NCBI RefSeq assembly: GCF_902459465.1
Contig: NC_047078.1
Span: 1,488,001 to 1,552,000, forward strand
Source of the DNA: Asterias rubens
Taxonomy: Eukaryota
Reading direction: 5' to 3'
Length of the DNA stretch: 64,000 nt
Within the stretch, counting starts at the first letter, position 1. Each line of letters begins with the position of its first letter. A program made the translations under genes and the position numbers. The notes under the pieces were generated by a model, which worked only from the letters and a program-made list of their open reading frames with translations, searched no databases and was not told where the DNA came from. Shown here in pieces: positions 26,155 through 39,290 of the stretch.

Positions 26155-29106
26155 ATGAATCTGGAGAAGCTTTCAGATGTCGACAAGTTGGGGTTGTGTC
26201 GCAAATATTACATCGGTAAATCCTGATTCCTGAAATTGTGTTAGTTGAAAATCGACAAGGGAAGGGCCCAGTCATAATGACAAAAAAAAATAAATCAAAT
26301 TTAGATTAACAAGGCACTTTGTGTTTGGTTTCCGTTATAATGAATGAAGAATTGTACTATAGAAGCCAGGGCCCCCCAGAAAAAAAATTGTGTACCCTTC
26401 CTCTGCCCCCCTCCCCCTGACAATTTTAGTTTTTACGTTGCCGTCTCAGTTAAAGGAATGGTACAGAATTGGTAAGAAACAAAAATCGTGATGATCACAG
26501 ATTTACATAAAACTTACACGGTCTAATGATGATGATAGTTCAAAACATCCCTTGAAATAGTTCTGTCTGAAATGTCATATTTGATGAAAAATAAATAATC
26601 TAACTTCGCGTTTGGAGTTTATTGCTCAGTGAGCGTTTTATTCATTTTCATTTTTTTGGCATCGATGCAATGCAAAATTTGTAATCGGTTTTTCACTATT
26701 CTCTCGTGACCAAGACGGCCATACAATCTCAAACTTCTACAGGTTTGTCAATTTATGTATATGGTGGATTACATCAAGTGCTTACACTGTCAGCAACTGT
26801 TTTGTTAGCAAAAAACAATTCTGTAATGTTCCTTTAAATAAACATCAGCTTGACTGTGACATCCTTTCTTTATTGATTGTTTTCTTCAGGTGGTTTCTTC
26901 TTGCTGCCTTTCTTGTGGTTCATCAACTTTGTTTGGTTCTTCAAGGAAGCGTTTATAAGACCAGCATTCGATGAGCAGAAACAAATGAAAAAATGTAAAC
27001 CAATTCATTGATAATTTTAAGTGAAGACTTTTCTTTTTTAATTTTTCTTTTATGTCATTGTGCTTGTATGTACATTTTGAAGTACATGTAGGTTGTAATT
27101 TTTCAGTACTTTTTATCTAAAAAAATTTTAACAAAAGTTTTGAATACGTGTTGTAATGCGCTGATTGATTTTTGGGTGAAAATTGCGCTATACAAATCTC
27201 TATTTATTAATGTTTTAATTAATGAATCTTTTTCCTATCATGATGTTTGAGCATTGGGCTTTGAACATAATTACTTCTTGTCACTGAGACATAAATTGCA
27301 TTCCTAATACTGCATACAATCTGTGCTGCCAACCATCTCGCTATCGCAGGTACCCATGTACCCCTGGGTGAAGAGAAGCAATTGTAGCAAGGTGTCTTGC
27401 TCAAGGACAAACAGTGTCAGGACAGGGATTCTACCCCATACTCTGACAACTTACCCACCAAAACTTGAGTCTGTACACCAAGGGCTCTTCCTCGGTGACA
27501 TGCGTTTACATTCAGGCCTGATACTACATTCTTGTGAGGGCTAGGAAAATTTTGTCCTTAATATGAAGGGTGCTTTCCAAATTCAAATTTGCACATTGAC
27601 ATTTTGTGAAGAGCACCTTGGATACTTTCAGAGGGCATGCACCAAATGACCTTTTCAAAGGGCACCAAAGCAATGATTAAAGGCAGTGGACACTATTGGT
27701 AAATTGTCAAAGACTAGCCGTCACAGTTGGTGTATCTCAACATATGCATAAAAAACTAACCTGTGAAAATTTGAGCTCAATCGGTCATCAATGTTGCGAG
27801 ATAATAATGAAAGAAGAAAACACTTTAGTCACACGAAGTTGTGTGCGTTTAGATGGTTGATTTCGAGACCTCAAGTTCTAAATCTGAGGTCTCGAAATCA
27901 AATTCGTTGAAAATGACTTCTTTCTCGAAAACTAAGGCACTTCAGAGGGAGCCATTTCTCACAATGTTTTATACCATCAACCTCTCCCCATTACTCGTCA
28001 CCAAGAAAAGTTTTATGCTAACAATTATGTTTAGTAATTACCAATAGTGTCCACTGCCTTTAATGTCCTCTGTTGAAGTATCAGTCCTTTACAATTACAT
28101 GAATTACATAAATTAACCTTTTTACTGCTTTTCATTGCCTTCTATTCTGCATATTACATGTAGATAAATATTTGATTTTTAATTGCACATTTGTTTTTAA
28201 TATTACTATTTTACTTGTCTTTGCATTTATTTGTCATTGTTACACACTGCATTATTTCTTGATGTATTATTATTTCATTTGTTTATTTCCACCCATTTTG
28301 ATTGATGTTTACTCTTTTCTGGTTTTTGAATTGTTATTGACTTTGTTTATTGCAATGGTTTGCCATTACTTTTATCTGACTAATATGTGCCTTTTCCGCT
28401 TGTGCTCCTAAACTTTGAAATGGTTTACCTAATTACATCGCTGTGGTTCTCTTCCATTGTTTAAAAACTTGCTGAAAACTCATTTATTTACATCCTCATA
28501 CACTTAGCTCGTTACATGTCTTGACTTAGATTATTCATTGTATAATTTTTTATTGTACACTATATTTCCTTTTTGTTGTATATGTTTTGTTTTTTTGTTC
28601 TGCGCCTCAGAAGAGGGTCTTGTACACTAGATAAATGGCACATTATAAATGCATTATTATTATTATTATTATTTATGTTTATTATGTAAAGTTTTAATAG
28701 TGTTTTAAAAAGCACAATTTTTAATACAGGACAGTGACATATGAATAGGCTTCAGTCACTGTTTAGGATTAAGAGTATATTTACCTCTTAGATAGTTGCA
28801 GTCTGCCGTAGGCTTCTTACAAATACCTGCAAGTTTACTATTTATTGATAGTTCCTATTTCTCCACACCATGCATTGCAATGCTTCAAACAATACTTTCT
28901 TACAAGTGTCTATGAAATGTTTACCTTCTCTTAAATGAATCTCATTCGTTCCTTTATCTTCTCTAGATTTAATCAGATCGTGCATTGGGTCCGTGATATG
29001 GACGGCCGCTCTGATCACTTGGATAACGTTGTTCCAGCTCAATCGATCCAGGTGGGGTGCTACAGCGGATAGCATTTCCTTCATCGTCCCACAAGGAATT
29101 CCCTAG
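26155..29106 (+). CDS. PSENEN: Gamma-secretase subunit PEN-2, 3 coding exons, 101 aa
   Basis: Exons 26155-26215 (61 nt), 26890-26994 (105 nt) and 28967-29106 (140 nt), GT-AG. Reads [42 protein letters not shown]...[46 protein letters not shown]. Confidence 0.96.
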
Positions 29107-30215
29107 GGTCTGGGTTTGGGTGGGTTGTCTAAGGAGTTGGGTGGGTTGGGGTGTCACAGCGGATAGCATATATTCTTCATCGTCCCTCAAGGAATTCCTT
29201 AGGATCTTGGTTCGGGTGGGTTGTCTAAGGAGTTGGGTGGGTTTGGGGTGTCACAATGGATAGCATATATTCTTCATCGTCCCTCAAGGAATTCCTTAGG
29301 ATCTGGGTTTGGGTGGGTTGTGTAAGGAGTTGGGTGGGTTGTGCTGTGTAAAGAAGTGGGTGGGATGGGTTAAGGAATTCCCTAGGATCTGGGCTTAGGT
29401 GGGTTGTGTAAGGAGTTGGGTGGGATGGGTTGGGGTGCCCCATCGGATAGCGTATCCTTCATCGTCCCACAAGGAGTTCCCTAGGATCTGGGCTAGGGTG
29501 AGTTGTGTAAGGAGTTGGGTGGGGTGGGGTGCACTAGCAGGTAGCTTATCGTCCCTCAAGGAATTCCCTAGGATCTGGGCTTAGGTGGCTTGAGAGGAGT
29601 CCAGGTGAGTTGGGGTGTAAGGAAGTGGGTCGGATGGGTGTGTGTAAGGAGTTGGGAGGGATGGGTTTGGGTGCCACAGCGGACAGCATATCCTTCATTA
29701 TCTCTCAAGGAATTCCATAGGATCTGGGCTGGGGTGGGTTGGAGATGAGTCAAGGTGGGTTGGGGGTGTACTGTAAGAAAGTGGTTTGGATGGGTTGTGT
29801 GTAAGGAGTTAGGAGGGATGGGTTGGGGGTGCCACAGCGAACAGCATATCCTTTATTATCTCTCGAGGAATTCCATAGGAGCTGGGGTGGGTTGGAGAGG
29901 AGTCAAGGTGGGTTGGGGGTGTACTGTAAGAAAGTGGTTTGGATGGGTTGTGTGTAAGGAGTTAGGAGGGATGGGTTGGGGGTGCCACAGCGGACAGCAT
30001 ATCCTTTATTATCTCTCGAGGAATTCCATAGGAGCTGGGGTGGGTTGGAGAGGAGTCAAGGTGGGTTGGGGGTGTACTGTAAGGAAGTGGTTTGGATGGG
30101 TTGTGTGTAAGGAGTTGGGAGGGATGGGTTGGGGTGCCACAGCGGACAGCATATCCTTCATTATCTCTCGAGGAATTCCATATTATCTGGGCTGGGGTTG
30201 TGTAAGGAGTCCAGG
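29107..30215 (+). repeat. G-rich tandem array (units ~95-158 bp, about 9 copies) derived from the PSENEN C-terminal coding sequence
   Basis: Most units repeat 'ggggtgc-acagcgga-agcat--ccttcat--tc-c--aaggaattcc-tagg', which is the last ~60 nt of the CDS; one unit is partial. Confidence 0.9.
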
Positions 30216-32770
30216 TGGATTGCTGCTCTCCAGTAAATTGTTGAAGGGGGGGGGGGGGGGGGGGGGGTAACGGTTGTCTCATGTTAAGGGGTTTGGATAC
30301 GTGCCATTGTTATGTACCATAATATACTGAAGTTCCCATTTCAATTAAAAACTGTTTATTAGAGCTAGTTTTTGTTGTTGAGATCCGATCCCACTTAAGT
30401 CGCTTTTCCTGAAACAACATTGTTGAAATAATTAAATGAAACCAAATTACAAAGGGACACAGTTATACAATAAATGTAAATATTATATTTTAATGTTAAT
30501 TTTTTTAATCTGTAGAAGAGAATTGTTAAAAGATGTGCAATGTCATCAGCTTATAACTCAAGTAACTGCATGTATGTCATTAAAAAGTAAACAGATAAAC
30601 ACAACATAATTGTTAAAGTTAAACTGGTTCAAAATGTATCATTGCGTCGTACTTGGCTATCTAGGAACACTTGCCTTTTGGCGACGTTGTTTGTATATAT
30701 AAGTCAACAGCAGAGGGCGCTACATTGACTGATTTTTAGGCTGACCCGGATGCAATTTCTTTTTTCTGTACATGATTGCCACCCTCAAAAATTTCCAGAT
30801 TTTTCTGGTAAGGATTTCCTTTTTATAAACGATTTAGAGAAAACAAAATACCTTTAAAAAGGCAATGGGCGAAAACAAATATCGACGCGATGATTGCTTA
30901 TTTGAAGGGCGAGTCGCGGCCGAAAATCGCGCAACACTTGCAATGCATTTAAACACAAACCTGATCAATGATTTTTTTTTAACAACAAATCATTAAAGAT
31001 TCATGCACTGCTTTTCGGGTTAGATGGACAGTAACTATGGCTATCATCAAGGATTTGTAGAACTTTATAATAATAACAGTCACGGTGAGTATCCATGTTT
31101 CATTGCGGGAAATCTCCATTAAAGAATTTCCAAGTAGGGCCACCAAATCTTGGAAAGTATATACATCCTTTTTTTCAGTGAGTGAAAGTATTCACATTAT
31201 CATCACATGGGTCAGTTAATCTGCCGGGGGTAGTCGGCAGAACTGGCTTGCTCATGGTCAAGTTACAAGAGGGTTACCATTTGTACGAGGAGTTACATTA
31301 AGATAACAGGTGTGAGTTGTATGAAGACGAAAAGGATGTGTTGTTGGCATGTTTGTTTTTGAGTATTCCAGTCATGTTTTGATTGATCAACAATAATGCA
31401 TGAATTAACAAACAAGTGAACATTTTAGCTTAATCCGTTGTTTGTAATAACAATCGTGTAAAAAAATACTTCAAAGCCCCTTAAAGCTGTGGACACTATT
31501 GGTAATTGTCAAAGCCAGTCTTCTCACTTAGTGAATCTCTATGCATAAAATAACAAACCTGTGAAAATTTTAGCTCAATATTGGTCGTCGAAGTTGCGAG
31601 ATAGTAATGAAGAAAAAAAAATTGTCTGTCACACGAAGTTATGTGCTTCTAGATGGATGATTTCGAGACCTCAAATTCTAAATCTGAGGTATCGAAATCA
31701 AATTCGTGGAAATATCTTCTTTCTTGAAAACTATGTCACTTCAGAGGGAGCCGTTTCTCACAATGTTTAATACTATCAACCTCTTTTCTTTACTCGTAAG
31801 GTTTTATGCTAAAAATTACTTTGAGTAATAAGTTACCAATAGTGTCCACTGCCTTTAAAACAAAAACTACAAAACCTAGGCAATAACTATAAAGTACTTA
31901 TAAAAAGCATTTTACAAACTGAAACAAAAAAGTGAACATTTTAGCTTAATCCGTTGTGTTAGTATAGTTACAATAAATGTAAACATACTTCAAAGTCCCT
32001 TAAAACAAAACTACAAAACCTTGGCAACAAAATACTTAAAGTAACATTTTACCAACTGAAAGTGTACGAAATAAACATGGAAGCAAACTAAACTATCGGG
32101 CGCAAGTAGTAGTTTTTGACAAATGAGTAAAACAATGTCACGAAAATACGTTTTACATGCTAAAATCTTTGTAAAGTTACCCCATTCTGCAGCTTGTTCT
32201 GCAGCTTGTTATTTTCCGTTATTGTGTTTATTTCTCATGTTTATTTCTGCTTTTGTTATGCTTATTTTGTTTTATGTGTTTATTGTCCTTTGTTTTTGGT
32301 GCTGTTGCCCTGGTTTACTATAGTCTTCACTAGGACACCAGTACCATGCGCTTAGAAACGTAGTATTAAGCGCGGTATAAATTTGTATTATTATTATTAT
32401 TATAAAATAATTTTCGTCTCCTCAGGAAACGAAAATTAGTCTCGTGACTTGGTTTACTCATTTCTCAAAAACTACAGCACATTAGCAAGTAATACTTCTA
32501 AGGGAAGCTTTTTACCATCATTATCCTCAACTGTGTGAGGGTAATGTGAACCTGGTGAATCATACAAGAAGAAGGAAAAAACATTACCCCAAACATCTTT
32601 TCCAAAACAATAAGCGTTTCGGCTAGTGGGTCGAAGCCCCTAAAAACTATATACATGTACAAATATCGTTCTCATAATCTTCACCGTCACTCTGGAAACA
32701 ATTTGCCGCACAACATCAGAACTGCTCCAAACGAGAACAATTTTTTAAACATCTGCTGAATACTCACCTG

Positions 32771-33001
32771 GGCCCAATTTCATAGAGCTGCTTAAGCACA
32801 AAATTCTGCTTAAGCAAAAAAATCCTTGCTCAGTAAAATCAGATTACCGTCCAAGACTCGATTGTTATGCTAAGCAAACAACGGCTAAATACCAGTCACA
32901 AGCAAAGTATATGGCATGAAACTTTGTCCAGTAACATGTTTAAAATAAGCAAGTTATTTTCGTGCTTAAGCAAAATTTTAGCAGCTCTATGAAATTGGCC
33001 C
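32771..33001. mobile_element. Harbinger-like MITE (3-bp CWG TSD)
   Basis: ctg|ggcccaatttcatagagctgct...agcagctctatgaaattggccc|ctg. Relatives at about 53082-53268 and 53886-54109. Confidence 0.75.
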
Positions 33002-33514
33002 CTGTTTAATCATTGACTTTTATTTCTTTGTAAAGCGCTTCGGGACCTTTGTGTGAAGCGCTATATCAGTGCCGTTTTTTATTATTATTATTATAAATGT
33101 TGTGAAAGGTTAGCTGAATTGGTAAAAAGTAATGAGAATATTTTGTGAAGTTTATTTCAATTCAAACGATTTGCATTTAGTTTTTTAACTTGCACGCTAA
33201 TTACTAAGTTCATGGTGAGTTTAAAGTCTAAAACTATTTGCGTTGATGATTTTAATTTCAAACAATGAAAATATTGACGAAACAATGTAGGCCTACGTTA
33301 TGGCTAAGGCCGAAACCCCCCTAAGTAAAAGGGTGATCTGGATAACAAAAAAATGGGTAGTTTAATGGCTGTGTTGCTGAAACCATTTATTTTTTATTTT
33401 ATTTTTTTTAATCGGGTCGAAAAGGGTGCACTGTGTTTCTGCTATAATTATTGCCGAAACCGCTTAAAACAAAAACAACGACTTCCGACTGGTTAGGTAA
33501 CGAAGTGGACAGAA

Positions 33515-36500
33515 TTATACCTTTTGGTAAATGTTCACACCGTTATCGTCTACTACTGCCAAGTGTTGTCCATCTTCCGTGAATGTGATTCCCATTGGCG
33601 GACGCAGACCCTGAATAATACAGGAGATGAACTTCCCATCACCACCATAACGATGGATATGACCAGGACCATGGTAACGGTTGGTATAAACTGCCACGTA
33701 GATATCGGAGCCGTCGCAGCATACGCCACTGCAGAAGCTGACAGGCTGACCATTCATGGTTGGTTTGATGGTGAAAAGGGTAGCACCTTGGTCATCGATA
33801 ACAATAATAACTTCATCACGGCCACTGACAACTATTGTGTCATTGCAGTCAGTGGCCAAGAACCGCGGTGACTTCGGCAGTGATATACGTGTAGTGTATA
33901 TTGGCTTACCAGCAGGACGGTGTATTAAGGTTATCGCGTTCTCCGTGGAGAGTCCTACCAGAATAGTACCATCTTTCTTCACACAAATGCACGTGTAGGA
34001 ATCGAAAAAATCAAGATATCCTCTAAAGAGACAATTGCAAAAGAAATTATACGATGGTTAAAAAATAATTACTTATTTCATTCCATCGAAATTATGTTTC
34101 CTTAGCTTCGATATCAACGTCTCCCTGCTCCCTTGAAACAATTCAATAAAGGTTTAATTTAATTAAAAAGCAACAATGTGGACCCTGACCCCCCCCCCCC
34201 ACCGAAAATCAACAATACAAAGCAAACAAAAAGACACATTAGCAGGCTGTTTTAGTTCTACGGCGATCTCGTAATATTAATTGAAAATTAAAAAGGCATC
34301 GGTAGTCGCTAAAATAATTCGTTCCTTCGAATTGTTATTTTGAGGAACGAATTATTTTATGTAATTTCAATTCAATTAAATTCAATGCACGACATAAGAT
34401 AAACAGACTTAATTTGATGTGCTTTCCGTCCTGGTATTGACGCTTGCCAAAGGTTGTCTAGTTTACCGGAACCAGTCTGATCGATCCGCTGATAGTGGAA
34501 ACTTGCGTCAATCTGAGGTGGGACATAATTACTTTTTAAAATAGTCAAATCTTGGTCGATGATTGGAAATAAAGACAGAAAGTCACAATCTGAGCCTTTG
34601 TTTGTTTGGGCGTGGCTGAAATCAAATGAGCAAAGTTTATTTCGAGGAAAACAATTTGCATTTTGGGGGAAGGACTTTTTTCTAAGGGAACGAAATGATT
34701 TCGAAGAAAAAAACAGTATTTAAGGGGGATGAAAATATTATATTGAGAGAACGCAATTAATTGAATATAAAAAATGTTTTACTTTCTCCTACTCGTTTCG
34801 TCTATCTTTACATCAAGGAATGGATGAAGCTGAGAGGTTGTGAAATCCTTATTGTAGATCCGGACACATCCATCCTGATAATCAGCCACCATTAAGCCAT
34901 TGCGAAAAGATGCTATGCCATTTTGACCCCCTACTGACATAAGAAAACAAATAGAATAAAAACCCTGTAATGATTACATGAAAATCTAGCAGACTAGTTT
35001 TTTAATTCGTGAGTCCAATTGGTAATTCGTTCAGCAATCAAACCCACACCACCCTCGCAGTCGGGAGCAGACGACATGTCGACCATGAAAATAATGTCAG
35101 AGCCCATTTTCGAAGAGTCATTTTTTCTTTTTTGCTGGTTTGTCTTCCCCCCCCCCCGTCACGTCTTTGGCACAAAGATTGTAATTACAAACGTCATTGC
35201 ATCTTTGTTTCACACAAGCTATCGAAGCCCTCCTGTTGAGATATTGAAATAACATGTTTTCATCGGAACACTTACTTAGCTTCATTGGAATAGTTTTCTC
35301 ATGTTTACCATCAGTTCTGCAGATAACCAATTTTCCATCACGTGAAAGTGGGGTGATGGCGGTAGTTACTGCAAGTCTGTCACCTGGCAGAGCTGCTATA
35401 TCACAAAAAGACTCCATCATCATCCAATGCTGACTGACTTCAAGACGCAGCTTCCACTTAGTTCCGGTTTCCAGGTTGCCTAGTTTAATGGAACCAGTCT
35501 GATCGAGGCGCTGATAGTGAAAACTTGCGTCAATCTGAGGTGGGACTTTATTACTTTTTAAGAAAGTCAAATCTTGGTCGATGATTGGAAATAAAGACAG
35601 AAAGTCACTATCTGAGCCTTTGTTTGTGACATCTCTTGCGATGGTCAGCGTATCTTGCTTCCTCTGAAGCAAAGATTGCATTGTTTTTATTTGTTCGTCA
35701 AATGCTGTGCTGCGATCCTCCTTTAGGACCCGGATCTCTCGCAGAATTCGGTCTTCTTCGGCTTTCACTTTGTCCCTCGCCCAATCTGCTTCCTTCTTCA
35801 CCTCTTGCACTGTTTGTGAAACTTTCCTTTCAAATTGTTGCTGAGCTTTGCATGCAAGATCTAAACATTCTTCAACATGTTTGATTTCATTGTTAATGGT
35901 GGGAAATAGTTCTTTAAAACCCTTCTTATATTTGGAAGAAGCTGTGGCGCAATCAATGTACTGATGCTCGGGTTTGCAATGGTTAACAACAGTGCAGACG
36001 TGACAAATCAAGACATGACATGTCTCACAGTAGAATCGATTGATCTCACCCTTGTGCGTGTTACATGTATACTCCTTTTGTACCTCTGGTAGGGTAACCT
36101 TTCCCTCGCGAATATCTTCCAAGGTTCCGACTGTGTGACCAGCTGAAACTTTGATTCGCCTGTGAATGTTCATGCAGCCCTGGCAGATATTCTGAGAGCA
36201 GTTTAAACAATGATGTGTAACCTCGTTCTCAGTACATAATTCACATGTTCGTCGTGCTTTGTCTGATAGTTTGGCAACCTTCTCCTGGAGCTCGACTTTT
36301 TCCCTCAATGTTATTATGAACCCATTGGTCTTGAGGCCACTGATGCCCCCTGGCACTGGTAGTCGTGTCTCTTGTCGACACACTGGACAAGTTTTTACAA
36401 CATCGTTGCCATAGTATTGAACCAAACATTTTTCACAGAAGCTGTGAACGCAACTGAGGATTTTGGGATGTGTGTACCGTTCAAAACAGATACCACATTC

Positions 36501-36548
36501 CAAAAAGTCTTTACCAATTTCCGTGAGTACTGCAGATGCACTCGCCAT
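33515..36548 (-). CDS. TRIM-NHL E3 ubiquitin ligase, copy 1 (RING, two B-boxes, coiled coil, NHL propeller), 643 aa
   Basis: Exons 36548-35276, 34933-34783 and 34022-33515 (phases 1 and 2, GT-AG, 1932 nt, open). C3HC4 RING CGIC...CVHSFC..C...CPVC, B-boxes and NHL repeats. An acceptor precedes the ATG, and a candidate 5' UTR exon lies at about 39150-38810 (GTAAGT donor). Confidence 0.9.
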
Positions 36549-36669
36549 TTTACCTAGCAGAAAAAATAAAAATAGAAACTAGATTATTTTAGCAACCAAA
36601 GAAAATTAATGAACATTTGACCCGGATCTTGATCTCGTGGTGGCCGACTTATCCCGGGTCAGTTTTCAC

Positions 36670-38183
36670 ATTTTTGGTAGGGCAACCGTTGACAAGTGAC
36701 GTTTGTGGTGACGTTGTTTTTTACATCGGGCAAACGTCGAGGACGTTGGGCTAACGTAAGCCCAACCCCGTTCCGACGTCGGCAACTTTTTTGCCGACGT
36801 CTGCACGCCCAACGTTCGTTAGACGTTTTAGTTAAACGTTGGGACAACATAATATTTTTTAATTGGCCCAACTTCGGCAGCTGACGTCGTAACGACGTTT
36901 GTTTACAGCGTTGGGCCAACGTTGGGACAACTTACGAATAATCTAAAACAATAATATAGAGATTAATTATCTTTTAATACAGTTAACGCCCTGTGTAAAT
37001 ATTTCAAGTAATCAGTGTATGTTAATTAACACTTATCAGTTATGTTATTAACAAGTAATTGATGATACTAATAACTACATACATTCTAACTACAACCTAT
37101 ACTAGCCCATACACCCTTATGCACGGCATGTCTTGTATTTATATAGTCAAGAATCCACAGACTTTCCAGTCATGGTTTAACACCTTTATTAATTAAAATT
37201 GTTTACTTCTAAATTCAAATGGTTTTTTAAAAGTACTTTTAGTGTACATATTTTCTTACAGACAAATTATCCACAAAGGTACACAAACTTGCTTTGGAAA
37301 TTCTTAAACTCAACAAATTTGTTTTTAGTATTGTTTATACACACTTCTAAATCACGCCCACAAATTTGCATTTATTTCAACGTTCAGCCAACGTTGGCCC
37401 AAAGTATGAATATTATCTTGGTGGGGAAGTGGCCCTTTAGACTGTACAACATTTCCTGACGTTGGCACAACCGTAGGACGCCGATGTTAGGTTGCCCATA
37501 TTATAACTACGTTATGGTAACGTTGGAAATTGACATGTTAAACGGCACAACAATTCCCGACGTTGGCATAACCAAAGGATGCAGACGTTAGGTTGCCCGT
37601 ATTATAACTACGTTGAGCCAACGTTGGAAATACCTGTTATACTGCACAACATTTCCCGACGTTGGCACAACCGTAGGACGCCGATGTTAATAGGTTGCCC
37701 ACATTATAACTACGTTATGCCAACGTTGGAAATCGACATTTTATACGACTCAAGAATTCCCGACGTTGGCATTTTAAGGATTCAGACGTTAGGTTTCCCG
37801 TATTATAACTACGTTGAGCGAACGTTGGAAACTCACCTGTTATACTGCACAACATTTCCCGACGTTGGCACAACCTAAGGATGCAGACATTAGGTTGCCC
37901 GTATTATATCTAAGTGAGCCAACGTTGAAAAACGACATGTTTCACTGCATAACATTTCCCGACGTTGGCACAACCTATATTAGACGACGTTAAGTTGCCC
38001 CTATCATAACTAAGTTGTGCCAAAGTTGTAATTCTGACTGTTGTATTTCATACTGTTTACAAACGTCAGTACAACGTTTAAAAACTGACTCCTACCTTTC
38101 CAACGTCTGTTCAACGTTCGTTTTTTGATGCCGACTTTGCCGACGTTCACCGACGTTGGCCCAACGTATGCATGATAGCTGGG
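36670..38183. mobile_element. CACTA/CMC-like non-autonomous element with AACGTT-rich ~95-bp tandem units (left TIR deleted in this copy)
   Basis: Ends in tagctggg. The paralogue at 60562-62331 has both CCCAGCTA termini. Confidence 0.7.
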
Positions 38184-39184
38184 ATGTTTCAACATGATTA
38201 TGGATGTGTCCAAATGACAGAATCACAGTTAAACTTAAAACGACTTAGACTGACCTGGAAGGAGTCGAACCCCCTGTGATCAAGAAATAGGGTCAGTAAG
38301 TCTACTGACCCAGGAGTGTCCCTTTTCGCACTATGTATGTAACTATAGTTACACCCAAAAGCTAAAAAAAAACACGACTACAAGTTTTTAAAGTTTAACT
38401 GCCTCAATATTTTCATGTTCAACCTCTACCCGTTGACCCAATAATAATAATAATGGAGTCAAAATAAAATTTTCAATAAAGAAATGCGTCTCTCTATAAT
38501 AAATTTAAAAGCAGCAAAAGCAAATATTATATTCTACAGATTGCGCCTTAGTACAGCTAAGCCACCGTCCATCGCTAGAAATGGGCCCAATGGGATTTGT
38601 TTAGAGGTTAGTTAGTCGACAGCTGTAGCCATTGCCTACCCGGAGCCAAGATTGTCAGTCGGCTACGATGAACGTCGACGCAGCAGTTGGTTTTAGTTTT
38701 TCGTAATAATTGCAGACTTGACGCGAATAATCATCTTGTATGTATTACGCCCCCAGCTGTTATTACCATGCACGGTATCAATATATGAATTTCAAGCGAA
38801 AGACTTACCAGAAAAGAGCAAAATAGTCTTGAGGAAGAAAAATTGCTGCAACTATTGGGTAGAATGGCAGTAGTCTGGTATGAGTTCCCAGTGGGCGTAT
38901 CTGTTGTGTACAGGTGTGAGAGGTGAGAACACTATCTGCACCTAGCTCTTTTTTAAAATGTAGACTTGTGGACAAGTCGTAATGTTTGTCGGGCTGATAG
39001 CATACCTTACTCTCCCTGCGACTCTTGACGTGATCGTTGTATCGAGATACCTTGTTCGCAAGACTACTGCTGTTGTGACTACGCCCCCAGCAGTCTCGCG
39101 CGAAATCAGTTTTCCAGCGAGAAAGTATAGTCTTCCCTGCAGACAACAGCAGTGTCGCGAGAGTCGCATGAAAAGTTTATCACT

Positions 39185-39290
39185 TAGTCTTGGTGCAAGA
39201 CGTTTCTCGTGTTCCTTTCACGCACACCGCGGCCAATTCACTTACAGCTCCCCACACCGACTCACCGAAAAACGTCTTGCACCAAGACTA
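39185..39290. mobile_element. 106-bp MITE with TAGTCTTGG TIRs and an imperfect 9-bp TSD
   Basis: tttatcact|tagtcttggtgcaagacgttt...aaacgtcttgcaccaagacta|cgtatcact. Confidence 0.7.

Larger units (their letters stand above)
33494..39161. repeat. Segmental duplication unit A (direct repeat of 57379-63330)
   Basis: Colinear near-identity across the TRIM exons, introns, the CCCAG element and the 5' exon. Confidence 0.92.

Noticed and set aside
28790-28830. QSAVGFL peptide resembling the start of the PEN-2 last exon
   Set aside because: Out of phase and no downstream similarity; the true exon starts at 28967.
29755-30270. 171-aa Trp/Gly-rich ORF as a separate gene
   Set aside because: It is the translation of the 153-bp units of the PSENEN-derived array.
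34020-34022. Direct splicing of TRIM exon 1 to the last exon through a GAG acceptor
   Set aside because: Needs the weak second AG; finding the middle exon makes the first TAG acceptor in phase.
35118-35275. C-terminal tails of the TRIM ORFs as given in the ORF track (also 59063-59145)
   Set aside because: Read-through into intron. A GTAAGT donor and an in-phase 151-nt NHL exon give a better model.
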